Assembly: GCF_006345805.1 (NCBI RefSeq)
Contig: NC_043003.1
Location: forward strand, 71,858,001-71,922,000
Length of the DNA stretch: 64,000 nucleotides
Source: Octopus sinensis
Taxonomy: Eukaryota
Reading direction: 5' to 3'
The notes beneath the pieces are model-generated. The model searched no databases. It was not told the origin of the DNA and worked only from the letters and a program-made list of their open reading frames with translations. Each line of letters begins with the position of its first letter. The first letter of the stretch is position 1. Positions 1 through 13,151 of the stretch are shown one piece after another. Both the position numbers and the translations under genes were made by a program.

Positions 1-109
1 ATGGATATGTATAATACGTATATGTATGTATATATATATGCGTATTTATGTATATGTATATATATGTATATGCATATATATGTATCTATGTGTGTGGATG
101 TGTGTGTGT

Positions 110-292
110 GCATGTGTGTCTCGAACAATCGCTTGACAACCGGTGTTGATGTGTTTACGTCCCTATAACCTAGCAACTCGGCAACTAATACCAAAACAAT
201 AATTACTGGGGTCGATTTATTTGACTAAAAGTCATCAAGGCGGTGCTGTAGCATGTCCACAGTCAAATGACTGAAGCAAGTAAAAGATAAAG
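110..292 (+). mobile_element. 3' fragment of SINE family 1
   Basis: CGCTTGACAACCGGTG...GGGGTCGATT...GGCGGTGCTGTAGCATG...CAGTCAAATGACTGAAGCAAGTAAAAG; same body/tail motifs as 650-800, 811-1010, 58000-58085 and (reverse) 24376-24420. Confidence 0.7.
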
Positions 293-336
<44 letters not shown>

Positions 337-337
337 A

Positions 338-800
338 GCAGGCGTAGCTGCGTGGTAAGTAGCTTGCTTCATAAACAAATGCTTTCAGTCCCATTGCGTA
401 GCACCTTGGGCAGGTGTCTTTTGCTATAACCTCGGGCTGGCCAAAGGCTTGTGAGTGGATTTGGTAGACAGCAACTTAGAGAATCACGTCATACACACAC
501 ACACACACACAGACACACACACACACACACACACACACATGCACACGCACACACACGCACACACGCACACACACACACACATGCACATTTACACATATAT
601 ATGTATGTATGTATGTATATACATACATATATATGTGTGTGTGTCTTTGTGTCTATGTCCGTTGAACATCACTTGACAACTGATATTTGTGTGTTTACCT
701 GCCTGTAGCCTAGCGGTTCCGCAAAAGAGATCGATAGAATAAGTACTAGGCTTACAAAGAAGGAAAAAATAAGTATTAAGCTTACAAGTAAAAGAGTAAA
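338..800 (+). mobile_element. tRNA-derived SINE family 1, near full length, with internal (CA)n/(TATG)n tract
   Basis: Head GGCGTAGCTGCGTGGTAAG...TTCAGTCCCATTGCG...GCCTTGTGAGTGGATTTGGTAGAC-like, homologous to 57758-57930; microsatellite ~491-640; body resumes GTGTCTTTGTGTCTATG...GATAGAATAAGTACTAGGCTTACAAAG. Confidence 0.8.
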
Positions 801-810
801 AGAATAAAAA

Positions 811-1010
811 TGTGGGTCTGTGTTTGTCCCCCACAACTGTTTGACAACCACTGATGCTGAGTTTATGGCCCCGGTTCAGGAAAAGAAACTGAAAGAATAA
901 GTGCCGGGCTTAAAAAAAAAGGAGAAAAGATGTATTATCGTTGATTAATTGGATAAAAATTTCTGAAGGGGTTGCCCTAGCATAACCGCACGTTAATGAC
1001 TGTAGCAAAA
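811..1010 (+). mobile_element. Second degenerate 3' fragment of SINE family 1
   Basis: TGTGTTTGTCCCCCACAACTGTTTGACAAC...GAATAAGTGCCGGGCTT...CTAGCATAACCGCA...ATGACTG similar to neighbouring copy. Confidence 0.55.
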
Positions 1011-1892
1011 TAATAGGTAAAAAAATAAAGAAGTATATATTGATGTATACACTCATTGCTGAACATGTTTACGCCTCTCTCTCTCTCTCTCCTTCTTCCT
1101 GTCTATACACATCGGAGCATAAACTTACAGTCACATAAATCATCAGGTAAATTGATTTTAACAATTGGAATTATTTTTTCATCCAGCTAGCTATTGAGAG
1201 AGTGCAGAAAACAGAGAGAGAGAGAGAGGGAGGGATAGTGAAAGAGAGAGAGAGAGAGAGATGTTGATCGATAGAAAATTAGATCGATTAAATGGATGGA
1301 AGGGTAGAAAGAGGGAGAGAAGATAGGGAGTTACACCGTTGCATACTCAGAAAGATAGTTATTAGGTAGGTACGCTAGTACTTACCTTGCGTACCTAGTC
1401 GTTTAGATCACCTGTGAACTAAACATCTATATTTTGTCGATAGATAGACAGATAAATAGATAGATAGATGGATAGACAGATGGAGAGAAAAACAGAATAA
1501 TGTCTCCAGGTGACGTATGGTTTGTCGCAGCCAAAAGTAAGTGGCACCTGTCAGTAAAGCCACGAGTTGTTTCGTCATCGCTTTCAATTTACCTACTGAT
1601 TTCTTAACTTACGTAAGCACACACACACACGCGCGCGCGTGCACACGTAAACATTCATACACACACACATATACATGCAGGTGTTTGTATTGAGTGTTCG
1701 TAAAAAGGACTTTTTTCGCCATACCTAAATGCTTTGTGTTAAAAGACAACCTACTGTTTTTTATGTATGTGTCTAAAACAGCCAGCAAATAGTCCCGTCG
1801 CCTCATATTTATTACAGACTCTACTTCTTTGATACAGCTATGTACTGAGTAGTTTGGGATTTGGTTGGAAAATGCACTGCCAAAAAAAATAC

Positions 1893-1980
1893 ACTACCTA
1901 CCTAACTACCTACCTACCTACCTACCTACCTACCCACCTACCTACCTACCTTCCTACTTACCTACCTACATATCTACCTA
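1893..1980. repeat. (CTAC)n microsatellite
   Basis: Direct reading. Confidence 0.95.
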
Positions 1981-2084
1981 TTTCTTTATTACCCACAAGG
2001 GACAAATTGCTATTATAGCTAGCTTCAATTGGTTCAAGAACTCACCACACACTGGCAGACAGACAGACAGACACACACACGCAT

Positions 2085-2123
<39 letters not shown>

Positions 2124-2894
2124 CTTGATGATACAAACACGAACGCAAAACATGAGTTTATAAAATTAATTGAGGCAGAGACAGGCAGTATTAATATCAA
2201 AAGGTGATATTCATTCCCACTTAAAAGTGGATGTTGTGTTGCAGCAAAGAATACTGTGATATTAAGCATGAGCCGAAACTCTCATATTGGCTTTCGGTGC
2301 ATATAAACACTCTTGTTTACATCGCTAGCGAGGGAATAAACCACCCGACATTACCACCACCGAGGCTACCAGATCATGTGATTCCGGCCTTCCCTGGCCT
2401 TGTCAATAATAAAAGCTCAAAGGCTGGATATAGCAGCGATATCTCTACAAGGGACTAGTGTTGCGAATAGCCAGTGGGCTTATTAAAAAATAATTATTAG
2501 CAACAGAAGTAGTTTTAATGCCAAAATGTGATATATATTCTCATTTAAAGTTGGATGTTTTATAATTTCAGTACAAATATTTCTGTCGCTAACAATAAGT
2601 TTTTTAATGAGTCCTTGAAAAGTGTATAATGAGAGGTAAGGTTCACGATATCGGACGAAGATCGCCTTCTCCCATTAAAATTGTTCTTTGTGTTGTTTCA
2701 GGTTCCAGTAGGCATGGAAAGAAGTCTCAAGTGGAAATGCAATTCACAACCAGTTTTATTTACGTAATTGTTTAAATTTTGTTGTTATTATTTTTATTGT
2801 ATACACGTATTTTTGTGCTAAGTCCCACTTAACCCTTGTTTTGTATTGTCTCCTTTTGCATTGTATTCGACCCTTGTGGCCAATAAAGAAAATA

Positions 2895-3005
2895 TTGTTG
2901 TCGTTGTTGTTCTCGCTTGTTCTTCTTGTTCTTGTTCTTGTTCTTCTTCTTCTTCTTGTTCTTCTTGTTGTTGTTGTTCTTCTTCTTCATCATCTTCTTC
3001 TTCTA

Positions 3006-3047
<42 letters not shown>

Positions 3048-3074
3048 GTTGTTGTTGTTGTTATTATTATTATT
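2895..3074. repeat. Compound (GTT)/(CTT)/(ATT)n microsatellite; on the minus strand this is the (AAT)n tail of the adjacent element end
   Basis: Direct reading. Confidence 0.9.
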
Positions 3075-3104
3075 GAGTCAGAGAGCAGTGCATGCCATCA
3101 AAGT
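3075..3104 (-). mobile_element. 3'-terminal 30 bp of the ~530-bp (AAT)n-tailed element
   Basis: Reverse complement ACTTTGATGGCATGCACTGCTCTCTGACTC(AAT)n matches the ends of the copies at 15445-15972 and 52153-52425. Confidence 0.8.
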
Positions 3105-6100
3105 TGCACAAGTGGACAGTTAATCGAATATTCGCAAGTGGACAGTTGATGGAATGTTCGCAAGTGGACAGTTGATCGAATTGTTGCAAGTGAACAGTTG
3201 ATCGAATTTGCACAAGTGGACAGTTGATCGAATTTTCGGAAGTGGACAGTTGATCGAATTTTTGCTAGTGGACAGTTGATCGAATTTGCACAAGTGGACA
3301 GTTGATCGAATTTTCGCAAGTCGACAGTTGATCGAATATTCGCAAGTGGACGGTTGATCGAATTTTTGCTATTGGACAGTTGATCGTATTCTCGCAAGTG
3401 GACAGTTGATCGAATGTTCGCTAGTGGAGAGTTGATCCCATTTTTCTAAGTGGACAGTTGATCAAATTCGCACAAGGTGACAGTTGATCGAATTTTCGGA
3501 TTGGACAATTGATCGAATTTTTGCTAGTGGACAGTTGATCGAATTTTTGGTAGTGGACTGTTGGTCGAATTTGCACAAGTGGACAGTTGATCGAATTCTC
3601 GCTCGTGGAGAGTTGATCGAATTTATACAAGTGTACATTTGATCGAAATTTCCCAAGTGCACAGCTGATTGAATTGTTTCTAGTACACAGTTGATCGAAT
3701 TTGCATAAATGGACAGTTGATCGAATTTTCGCAAGAGGACAGTTGATCCAATTTTCTGAAGTAGACAGATGATCGAATTGGCACCAGTGAACAGTTGATT
3801 GAATTTAGCACAAAGGGACAGTTGATCGAGGTTTGGCTAGAGTACAATTGATCGAATTTGCACAAGTGGACAGTTAATCGAATTTTCGCAAGTGGACAGT
3901 TGATTGAATTTTCACTTGTGTACAGTTGAAAGAATTTGCGATCGTTGGCAGTTGATCGTAATTTCGTTCTTGGACAGTTGATCGAATTTTTGAAAGTGGA
4001 CAGTTGATCGAATTTTAGCTAGTGGACTGTTGATCGAATTTGTACAAGTGGACAGTTGATCGAATTCTGGCAAGTGGACAGTTGATCGAATTTTTGCTAG
4101 TGGACAGTTGATCGAATTTGGACAAGTGAACAGTTGATCGAATATTTGCTAGTGGACAGTTGATCGAATTTTCGCAAGTGGACAGTTGATCGAATTTTTG
4201 CTAGTTGACATTTGATCGAATTTTTGCAAGTGGACAGTTGATCGAATTTTTGCTAGTGGACAGTTGATTGAATTTTTGCTGGTGGACAGTTGATCGAATT
4301 TGCACAGGTGGACAGTTGACCGAATTTTTGCTAGTGGACGGTTGATCGACTTTGCATAAGTGGGCAGTTGATCGAATTTTTGCTATTGGACAGTTGAGTA
4401 ATTTTTGCAAGTGGACAGTTGATCGAATTTGCACAAGTGGACAGTTGATCGAATTTTCGGAAGTGGACAGTTGATCGAATTTGCACAAGTGGACAGTTGA
4501 TCGAATTTTCGCTCGTGGACAGTTGATCGAATTCCTACAAGTGTACAGTTGATCGAATTTTCGCAAGTGGACAGTTGATCGAATTTTTGCTAGTAGACTG
4601 TTGATCGAATTTTCACAAGTGGACAGTTAATCGAATTTTCGCAAGTGGACAGTTGATCGAATTTTCGCTAGTGGACACTTGATTTAATTTGCACAAGTGG
4701 ACAGTTGATCGAATTTTTGCTAGTGGACAGTTGATCGAATTTGCACAAGTGGACATTTGATCGAATTTTTGCCCTTGTACAGTTGATCGAATTTGCACAA
4801 GTGGACAGTTGATCGAATTTTCGCAAGTGGACAATTGATCGAATTTTCGGAATTCGACAGTTGATCGAATTTTTGCTATTGGACAGCTGCTCGAATTTTC
4901 GGAAGTAGACAGTTGATCGAATTTTTGCTAGTGGACAGTTGATTGAATTTTTGCTGGTGGACAGTTGATCGAATTTGCACAGGTGGACAGTTGACCGAAT
5001 TTTTGCTAGTGGACGGTTGATCGACTTTGCATAAGTGGGCAGTTGATCGAATTTTTGCTATTGGACAGTTGAGTAATTTTTGCAAGTGGACAGTTGATCG
5101 AATTTGCACAAGTGGACAGTTGATCGAATTTTCGGAAGTGGACAGTTGATCGAATTTGCACAAGTGGACAGTTGATCGAATTTTCGCTCGTGGACAGTTG
5201 ATCGAATTCCTACAAGTGTACAGTTGATCGAATTTTCGCAAGTGGACAGTTGATCGAATTTTTGCTAGTAGACTGTTGATCGAATTTTCACAAGTGGACA
5301 GTTAATCGAATTTTCGCAAGTGGACAGTTGATCGAATTTTCGCTAGTGGACACTTGATTTAATTTGCACAAGTGGACAGTTGATCGAATTTTTGCTAGTG
5401 GACAGTTGATCGAATTTGCACAAGTGGACATTTGATCGAATTTTTGCCCTTGTACAGTTGATCGAATTTGCACAAGTGGACAGTTGATCGAATTTTCGCA
5501 AGTGGACAATTGATCGAATTTTCGGAATTCGACAGTTGATCGAATTTTTGCTATTGGACAGCTGCTCGAATTTTCGGAAGTAGACAGTTGATCGAATTTT
5601 CGGAATTGGACAGTTGATCGAATGTTTGCTAGTGGACAGTTGATCGAATTTTCGGAAGTGGACAGTTGATCCAATTTTTGCTAGTAGACATTTGATCGAA
5701 TTTGCACAAGTGGACACTTGATCGAATTTTTGCTAGTGGTCAGTTGATCGAATTTGCACAAGTGAGCAGTTGATCAAATTTTCGCAAGTGGACAGTTGAT
5801 TGAATTGTTTCTAGTACACAGTTGATCGAATTTGCATAAATGGACAGTTGATCGAATTTTCGCAAGAGGACAGTTGATCCAATTTTCTGAAGTAGACAGA
5901 TGATCGAATTGGCACCAGTGAACAGTTGATTGAATTTAGCACAAAGGGACAGTTGATCGAGGTTTGGCTAGAGTACAATTGATCGAATTTGCACAAGTGG
6001 ACAGTTAATCGAATTTTCGCAAGTGGACAGTTGATTGAATTTTCACTTGTGTACAGTTGAAAGAATTTGCGATCGTTGGCAGTTGATCGTAATTTCGTTC

Positions 6101-9100
6101 TTGGACAGTTCATCGAATTTTAGCTAGTGGACTGTTGATCGAATTTGTACAAGTGGACAGTTGATCGAATTCTCGCAAGTGGACAGTTGATCGAATTTTT
6201 GCTAGTGGACAGTTGATCGAATTTGGACAAGTGAACAGTTGATCGAATTTTTGCTAGTGGACAGTTGATCGAATTTTTGCAAGTGGACAGTTGATCGAAT
6301 TTTTGCTAGTGGACAGTTGATTGAATTTTTGCTGGTGGACAGTTGATCGAATTTGCACAGGTGGACAGTTGACCGAATTTTTGCTAGTGGACGGTTGATC
6401 GAATTTGCATAAGTGGGCAGTTGATCGAATTTTTGCTAGTGGACAGTTGAGTAATTTTTGCAAGTGGACAGTTGATCGAATTTGCACAAGTGGACAGTTG
6501 ATCGAATTTTCGGAAGTGGACAGTTGATCGAATTTGCACAAGTGGACAGTTGATCGAATTTTCGCAAGTAGACAATTGATCAAATTTTCGCTCGTGGACA
6601 GTTGATCGAATTCCTACAAGTGTACAGTTGATCGAATTTTCGCAAGTGGACAGTTGATCGAATTTTTGCTAGTAGACTGTTGATCGAATTTTCACAAGTG
6701 GACAGTTGATCGAATTTTCGCAAGTGGACAGTTGATCGAATTTTCGCTAGTGGACACTTGATTTAATTTGCACAAGTGGACATTTGATCGAATTTTTGCC
6801 CTTGTACAGTTGATCGAATTTGCACAAGTGGACATTTCATCGAATTTTCGCAAGTGGACAATTGATCGAATTTTCGGAATTCGACAGTTGATCGAATTTT
6901 TGCTATTGAACAGCTGCTCGAATTTTCGGAAGTAGACAGTTGATCGAATTTTCGGAATTGGACAGTTGATCGAATTTTTGCTAGTGGTCAGTTGATCGAA
7001 TTTGCACAAGTGAGCAGTTGATCAAATTTTCGCAAGTGGACAGTTGATCGAATTTTCGCAAGTGGACGGTTGATCGAATTTTTGCTTTTGGACAGTTGAT
7101 CGAATTTTTGCTATTGGACAGTTGATTGAATGCAAGTGAACAGTTGATCGAATGTTCGCTAGTGGACAGTTGATCCCATTTTTCTAAGTGGACAGTTGAT
7201 CGAATTTTTGCTAGTGGTCAGTTGATCGAATTTGCACAAGGGGACAGTTGATCGAATTTTCGGAAGTGGACAGTTGATCGAATTTTTGCTAGTAGACTGT
7301 TGATCGAATTTTCACAAGTGGACAGTTGATCGAATTTTCGCAAGTGGACAGTTGATCAAATTTTCGCTAGTGGACACTTGATTTAATTTGCAGAAGTGGA
7401 CAGTTGATCGAATTTTTGCTAGTGGACAGTTGATCGAATTTGCACAAGTGGAGATTTGATCGAATTTTTGCCCTTGTACAGTTGATCGAATTTGCACAAG
7501 TGGACAGTTGATCGAATTTTCGCAAGTGGACAGTTGATCGAATTATTGCTAGTGGACAGTTGATCGAATTTTCGGAATTGGACAGTTGATTGAATGTTTG
7601 CTAGTGGACAGTTGATCGAATTTTCGGAAGTGGACAGTTGATCGAATTTTTGCTAGTGGACATTTGATCGAATTTTTGCTAGTGGACATTTGATCGAATT
7701 TGCACAAGTGGACACTTGATCGAATTTTTGCTAGTGGTCAGTTGATCGAATTTGCACAAGTGGGCAGTTGATCAAATTTTCGCAAGTGGACAGTTGATCG
7801 AATTTTCGCAAGTGGACGGTTGATCGAATTTTTGCTTTTGGACAGTTAATCGAATTTTTGCTATTGGACAGTTGATGGAATGCAAGTGAACAGTTGATCG
7901 AATGTTCGCTAGTGGACAGTTGATCCCATTTTTCTAAGTGGACAGTTGATCAAATTTGCACAAGGGGACAGTTGATCGAATTATTGCTAATGGACAGTTG
8001 ATCGAATTTTCGGAATTGGACAGTTGATCGAATGTTTGCTAGTGGACAGTTGATCGAATTTTCGGAAGTGGACAGTTGATCGAATTTTCAGAAGTGGACA
8101 GTTGATCGAATTTTTGCTAGTGGACATTTGTTCGAATTTGCACAAGTGGACACTTGATCGAATTTTTGCTAGTGGTCAGTTGATCGTATTTGCACAAGTG
8201 GGCAGTTGATCAAATTTTCGCAAGTGGACAGTTGATCGAATTTTCGCAAGTGGACGGTTGATCGAATTTTTGCTTTTGGACAGTTGATCGAATTTTTGCT
8301 ATTGGACAGTTGATCGAATGCAAGTGAACAGTTGATCGAATGTTCGCCAGTGGACAGTTGATCCCATTTTTCTAAGTGGACAGTTGATCAAATTTGCACA
8401 AGGGGACAGTTGATCGAATTTTCGGAAGTGGATAGTTGATCGAATTCTTGCTAGTGGACATTTGATCGAATTTGCACAAGTGGACACTTGATCGAATTTT
8501 TGGTAGTGGACAGTTGATCGAATTTGCACAAGTGGGCAGTTGATCGAATTTTCTGTATTGGACAATTCATCGAATAGTAGACAGATGATCGAAGTGGCAC
8601 CAGTGAACATTGATCAACTGTCCACTAGCAAATTCGATCAATTGTCCTCTAGCGATATCCCGATCAACTTTTTTTGCTAGTGGACAGTTGATCGAATTTG
8701 CACAAGTGGACAGTTAATCGAATTTTTGCTAGTGGACAGTTGATCGAATTTTTGCAAATGGACAGTTGATCAAATTTTCGCAAGTGGACGGTTGATCGAA
8801 TTTTTGCTTTTGGACAGTTGATCGAATTTTTGCTATTGGACAGTTGATCGAATGCAAGTGAACAGTTGATCGAATGTTCGCTAGTGGACAGTTGATCCCA
8901 TTTTACTAAGTGGACAGTTGATCAAATTTGCGCAAGGGGACAGTTGATCGAATTTTCGGAAGTGGACAGTTGATCGAATTTTTGCTAGTGGACAGTTGAT
9001 CGAATGTTTGCTATTGGACAGTTGATCGAATTTTCGGAAGTGGACAGTTGATCGAATTTTTGCTAGTGGACATTTGTTCGAATTTGCACAAGTGGACACT

Positions 9101-12100
9101 TGATCGAATTTTTGCTAGTGGTCAGTTGATCGAATTTGCACAAGTGGGCAGTTGATCAAATTTTCGCAAGTGGACAGTTGATCGAATTTTCGCAAGTGGA
9201 CGGTTGATCGAATTTTTGCTTTTGGACAGTTGATCGAATTTTTGCTATAGGACAGTTGATCGAATGCAAGTGAACAGTTGATCGAATGTTCGCTAGTGGA
9301 CAGTTGATCCCATTTTTCTAAGTGGACAGTTGATCAAATTTGCACAAGGGGACAGTTGATCAAATTTTCGGAAGTGGACAGTTGATCGAATTCTTGCTAG
9401 TGGACATTTGATCGAATTTGCACAAGTGGACACTTGATCGAATTTTTGCTAGTGGACAGTTGATCGAATTTTCTGTATTGGACAATTCATCGAATAGTAG
9501 ACAGATGATCGAAGTGGCACCAGTGAACAGTTGATCAACTGTCCACTAGCAAATTCGATCAATTGTCCTCTAGCGATATCTCGATCAACTTTTTTTGCTA
9601 GTGGACAGTTGATCGAATTTGCACAAGTGGACAGTTAATCGAATTTTTGCTAGTGGACAGTTGATCGAATTTTTGCAAGTGGAGAGTTGATCGAATTTTC
9701 GGAATTGGACAGTTGATCGAATTTTTGCTAGTGGACAGTCGATCGAATTTTCGGAAGTGGACAGTTGATCGAATTTTTGCTAGTGGACAGTTGATCGAAT
9801 TTGCAGAATCGAATTTTTGCTAGTGGACAGTTGATCGAATGCAAGTGAACAGTTGATCGAATGTTCGCTAGTGGACAGTTGATCAAATTCGCACAGAGGG
9901 ACAGTTGATCGAATTTTCGGATTGGACAATTGATCGAATTTTTGCTAGTGGACAGTTGATCGAATTTTTGGTAGTGGACTGTTGGTCGAATTTGCACAAG
10001 TGGACAGTTGATCGAATTCTCGCTCGTGGAGAGTTGATCGAATTTATACAAGTGTACATTTGATCGAAGTGCGCAGCTGATTGAATTGTTTCTAGTACAC
10101 AGTTGATCGAATTTGCATAAGTGGACAGTTGATCGAATTTTCGCAAGAGGACAGTTGATCCAATTTTCTGAAGTAGACAGATGATCGAATTGGCACCAGT
10201 GAACAGTTGATTGAATTTAGCACAAAGGGACAGTTGATCGAGGTTTAGCTAGAGTACAATTGATCGAATTTGCACAAGTGGACAGTTAATCGAATTTTCG
10301 CAAGTGGACAGTTGATTGAATTTTCACTTGTGTACAGTTGAAAGAATTTGCGATCGTTGGCAGTTGATCGTAATTTCGTTCTTGGACAGTTGATCGAATT
10401 TTTGAAAGTGGACAGTTGATCGAATTTTAGCTAGTGGACTGTTGATCGAATTTGTACAAGTGGACAGTTGATCGAATTCTGGCAAGTGGACAGTTGATCG
10501 AATTTTTGCTAGTGGACAGTTGATCGAATTTGGACAAGTGAACAGTTGATCGAATTTTTGCTAGTGGACAGTTGATCGAATTTGGACAAGTGGACAGTTG
10601 ATCGAATTTTTGCTAGTGGACAGTTGATCGAATTTTCGCAAGTGGACAGTTGATCGAATTTTTGCTAGTTGACATTTGATCGAATTTGCACAGGTGGACA
10701 GTTGACCGAATTTTTGCTAGTGGACAGTTGATCGAATTTGCATAAGTGGACAGTTGATCGAATTTTCGGAAGTGGACAGTTGATCGAATTTGCACAAGTG
10801 GACAGTTGATCGAATTTTCGGAAGTGGACAGTTGATCGAATTTGCACAAGTGGACAGTTGATCGAATTTTCGCATGTGGACAGTTGATCGAATTTGCACA
10901 AGTGGACAGTTGATCGAATTTTCGCAAGTAGACAGTTGATCAAATTTTCGCTCGTGGACAGTTGATCGAATTCCTACAAGTGTACATTTGATCGAATTTT
11001 CGCAAGTGGACAGTTGATCGAATTTTCGCAAGTGGACAGTTGATCGAATTTTCGCTAGTGGACACTTGATTCAATTTACACATGTGGACAGTTGATCGAA
11101 TTTTCGCTATTAGACAGTTGATCGAATTTGCACAAGTGGACAGTTGATCGAATTTTTGCTAGTGGACAGTTGATCGAATTTGCATAAGTGGACAGTTGTT
11201 CGAATTTTTGCTAGTGGACAGTTGAGTAATTTTTGGAAGTGGACAGTTGATCGAATTTGCACAAGTGTACAGTTGATCGAATTTTCGGAAGTGGACAGTT
11301 GATCGAATTTTCGGAAGTGGACAGTTGATCGAATTTTCGGAAGTGGACAGTTGATCGAATTTGCACAATTGGACAGTTGATCGAATTTTTGCAAGTAGAC
11401 AGTTGATCAAATTTTCGCTCGTGGACAGTTGATCGTATTCCTACAAGTGTACAGTTGATCGAATTTTCGCAAGTGGACAGTTGATCGAATTTCTGCTAGT
11501 AGACTGTTGATCGAATTTTCACAAGTGGACAGTTGATCGAATTTTGGCTAGTGGACACTTGATTTAATTTACACATGTGGACAGTTGATCGAATTTTCGC
11601 TATTAGACAGTTGATCGAATTTGCACAAGTGGACAGTTGATCGAATTTTTGCTAGTAGACAGTTGATCGAATTTGCACAAGTGGACAGTTGATCAAATTT
11701 TCGCAGGTGGACAGTTGATCGAATTTTTACACGTGGACAGTTGACCGAATTTTCGCAAGTGGACAGTTGATCGAATTTTTGCATGCGGTCAGTTGATCGA
11801 ATTTTCGCAAGTGGACAGTTGGTCGAATTTTCGTTAGTGGACAGTTGACCGAATGTTCACAAGTGGACAGGTGATCGAATTTACGCAAGTGGACAGTTGA
11901 TCGAATTCTTGCTACTAGACAGTTGATCGAATTTGCACACGTGGACAGTTGATCGAATTTCCGCAGGTGGACAGTTGATCGAATTTTTACACGTGGAGAG
12001 TGATCAACTTTGCAGAAGTCGACAGTTGATCGAATTTTCGCAAGTGGACATTTGATCGAATTTTTGCTGTACAGTTGAAAGAACATGCGTTCGTAGGCAG

Positions 12101-12505
12101 TTGATCGAATTTACGCTAGGTGACTATCAAATTTGCACTAGCTGACAGTTGATCGAATTTGCACAATTGCAAACTTAATCGAATGTGGGCTTGTGGACAG
12201 TTGATCGAATTTACGCTAGTGGATATTTGATCGAATTTGCACTAGTGGTCAATAGATCGAATGTGAGCTAGTGGACTGTAGATTGATTTTGCGTCAGAGG
12301 ACAGTTGATCGATTTTGCACAAGATGGACAGTTGATAGAATTTTCACATGTGGATAGTTGATCGAATTTTCGCTAGTGGACAGCTGATCCAATTTTCGCT
12401 AGCGGATGATCGAATTTGCACAACTGGAAACTTAATCGAATTTGCAGAAGTGGACAGTTGATCGAATTTACGCTAGTGGATAGTTGATCGAATATGCGCT
12501 AGTAC
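3105..12505. repeat. 26-bp satellite/minisatellite array (~360 monomers) with higher-order repeats
   Basis: Monomer AGTGGACAGTTGATCGAATTT + TTGCT/TCGCA/TCGGA/GCACA; 675-bp duplication (4201.. vs 4876..); diagnostic block GAATTGTTTCTAGTACACAG at 3671, 5802, 10083; more diverged monomers at both edges, especially 12080-12505. Confidence 0.97.
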
Positions 12506-12990
12506 AGAGTTTACTGATCATGCTTCAAGAACCCTGCGAAGAACTTTTCAAGTTCCAAGCAATCCTAATTTCTGTATGTGTTCTATCTGTACATTTGCAC
12601 CAATCCTTTTGAGGAACGTTGGTAGGTGAGTGCTGTTACTTTCTAGTCCGTCAATTACTACTGGTATTACATCCACTCTCTTCATTGACCTCAACCTACG
12701 AATTTCCCATTATAATTGTTCGCTTTTTCGTATTTCTCTTTGATCCCGTTGTCCCTGGGACATGCTATGTCGATTATTATGCTAGTTGTTTTCTTTTTTT
12801 TCACCACAACAATATCAGGTTTCCCATGTCTGATCTGATGCTCCCACTGAGTCACTGCGTCCCACAGGATTTTGCGATCATCATTTTCAGTAACTCCTTC
12901 CGGGATTTGGTCATGTCACATATTTCATCTTTCTAGGTCATAATTTCCGCAAATCTCCCAGTGGAGCCACACTGTCATGTCATTTTTTTT
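12506..12990 (-). mobile_element. 3' ORF end of an RLE-type (R4/Dong-group) non-LTR retrotransposon, degenerate
   Basis: Minus strand reads ..PEGVTENDDRKILWD..HGKPDIVVVKK..; ends GGTTCTTGAAGCATGATCAGTAAAC, like the plus-strand copy at ~54010-54035. Confidence 0.75.
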
Positions 12991-13089
12991 TATTTCCGAT
13001 TATTGTAATTGATTTGACTGACAGAACAAATCCCCGGTACACAAAAGATGTTCAATCTGCAACAGTATTGGACACTGTGCGACATCTTC

Positions 13090-13122
<33 letters not shown>

Positions 13123-13151
13123 AATAATAATAACAATAATAATAAATAAAT

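Noticed and set aside
451-708. ORFs made of HT/YI/CV/MYVC/poly-L/poly-I repeats here and throughout (e.g. 19000-19420, 47000-47460, 48800-49130, 52500-52940, 59700-60200)
   Set aside because: Microsatellite translations
2571-2770. Apparent GTAAGG..TTTCAG 65-nt mini-intron with flanking exons
   Set aside because: The putative upstream exon 2571-2636 has stops in all three frames; no recognisable protein
3098-12086. Dozens of Cys/His-containing minus-strand ORFs (..KFDQLSTCANSINCPLAKIRSTVH..), superficially zinc-finger-like
   Set aside because: Translation of a 26-bp monomer cycling through three frames; no C-x2-C-x12-H-x3-H spacing or TGEKP linkers; frequent stops and frameshifts
3105-12505. 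CRISPR-like array
   Set aside because: The variable part is only 5 nt from a few recurring types; no unique spacers, no cas genes; eukaryotic context
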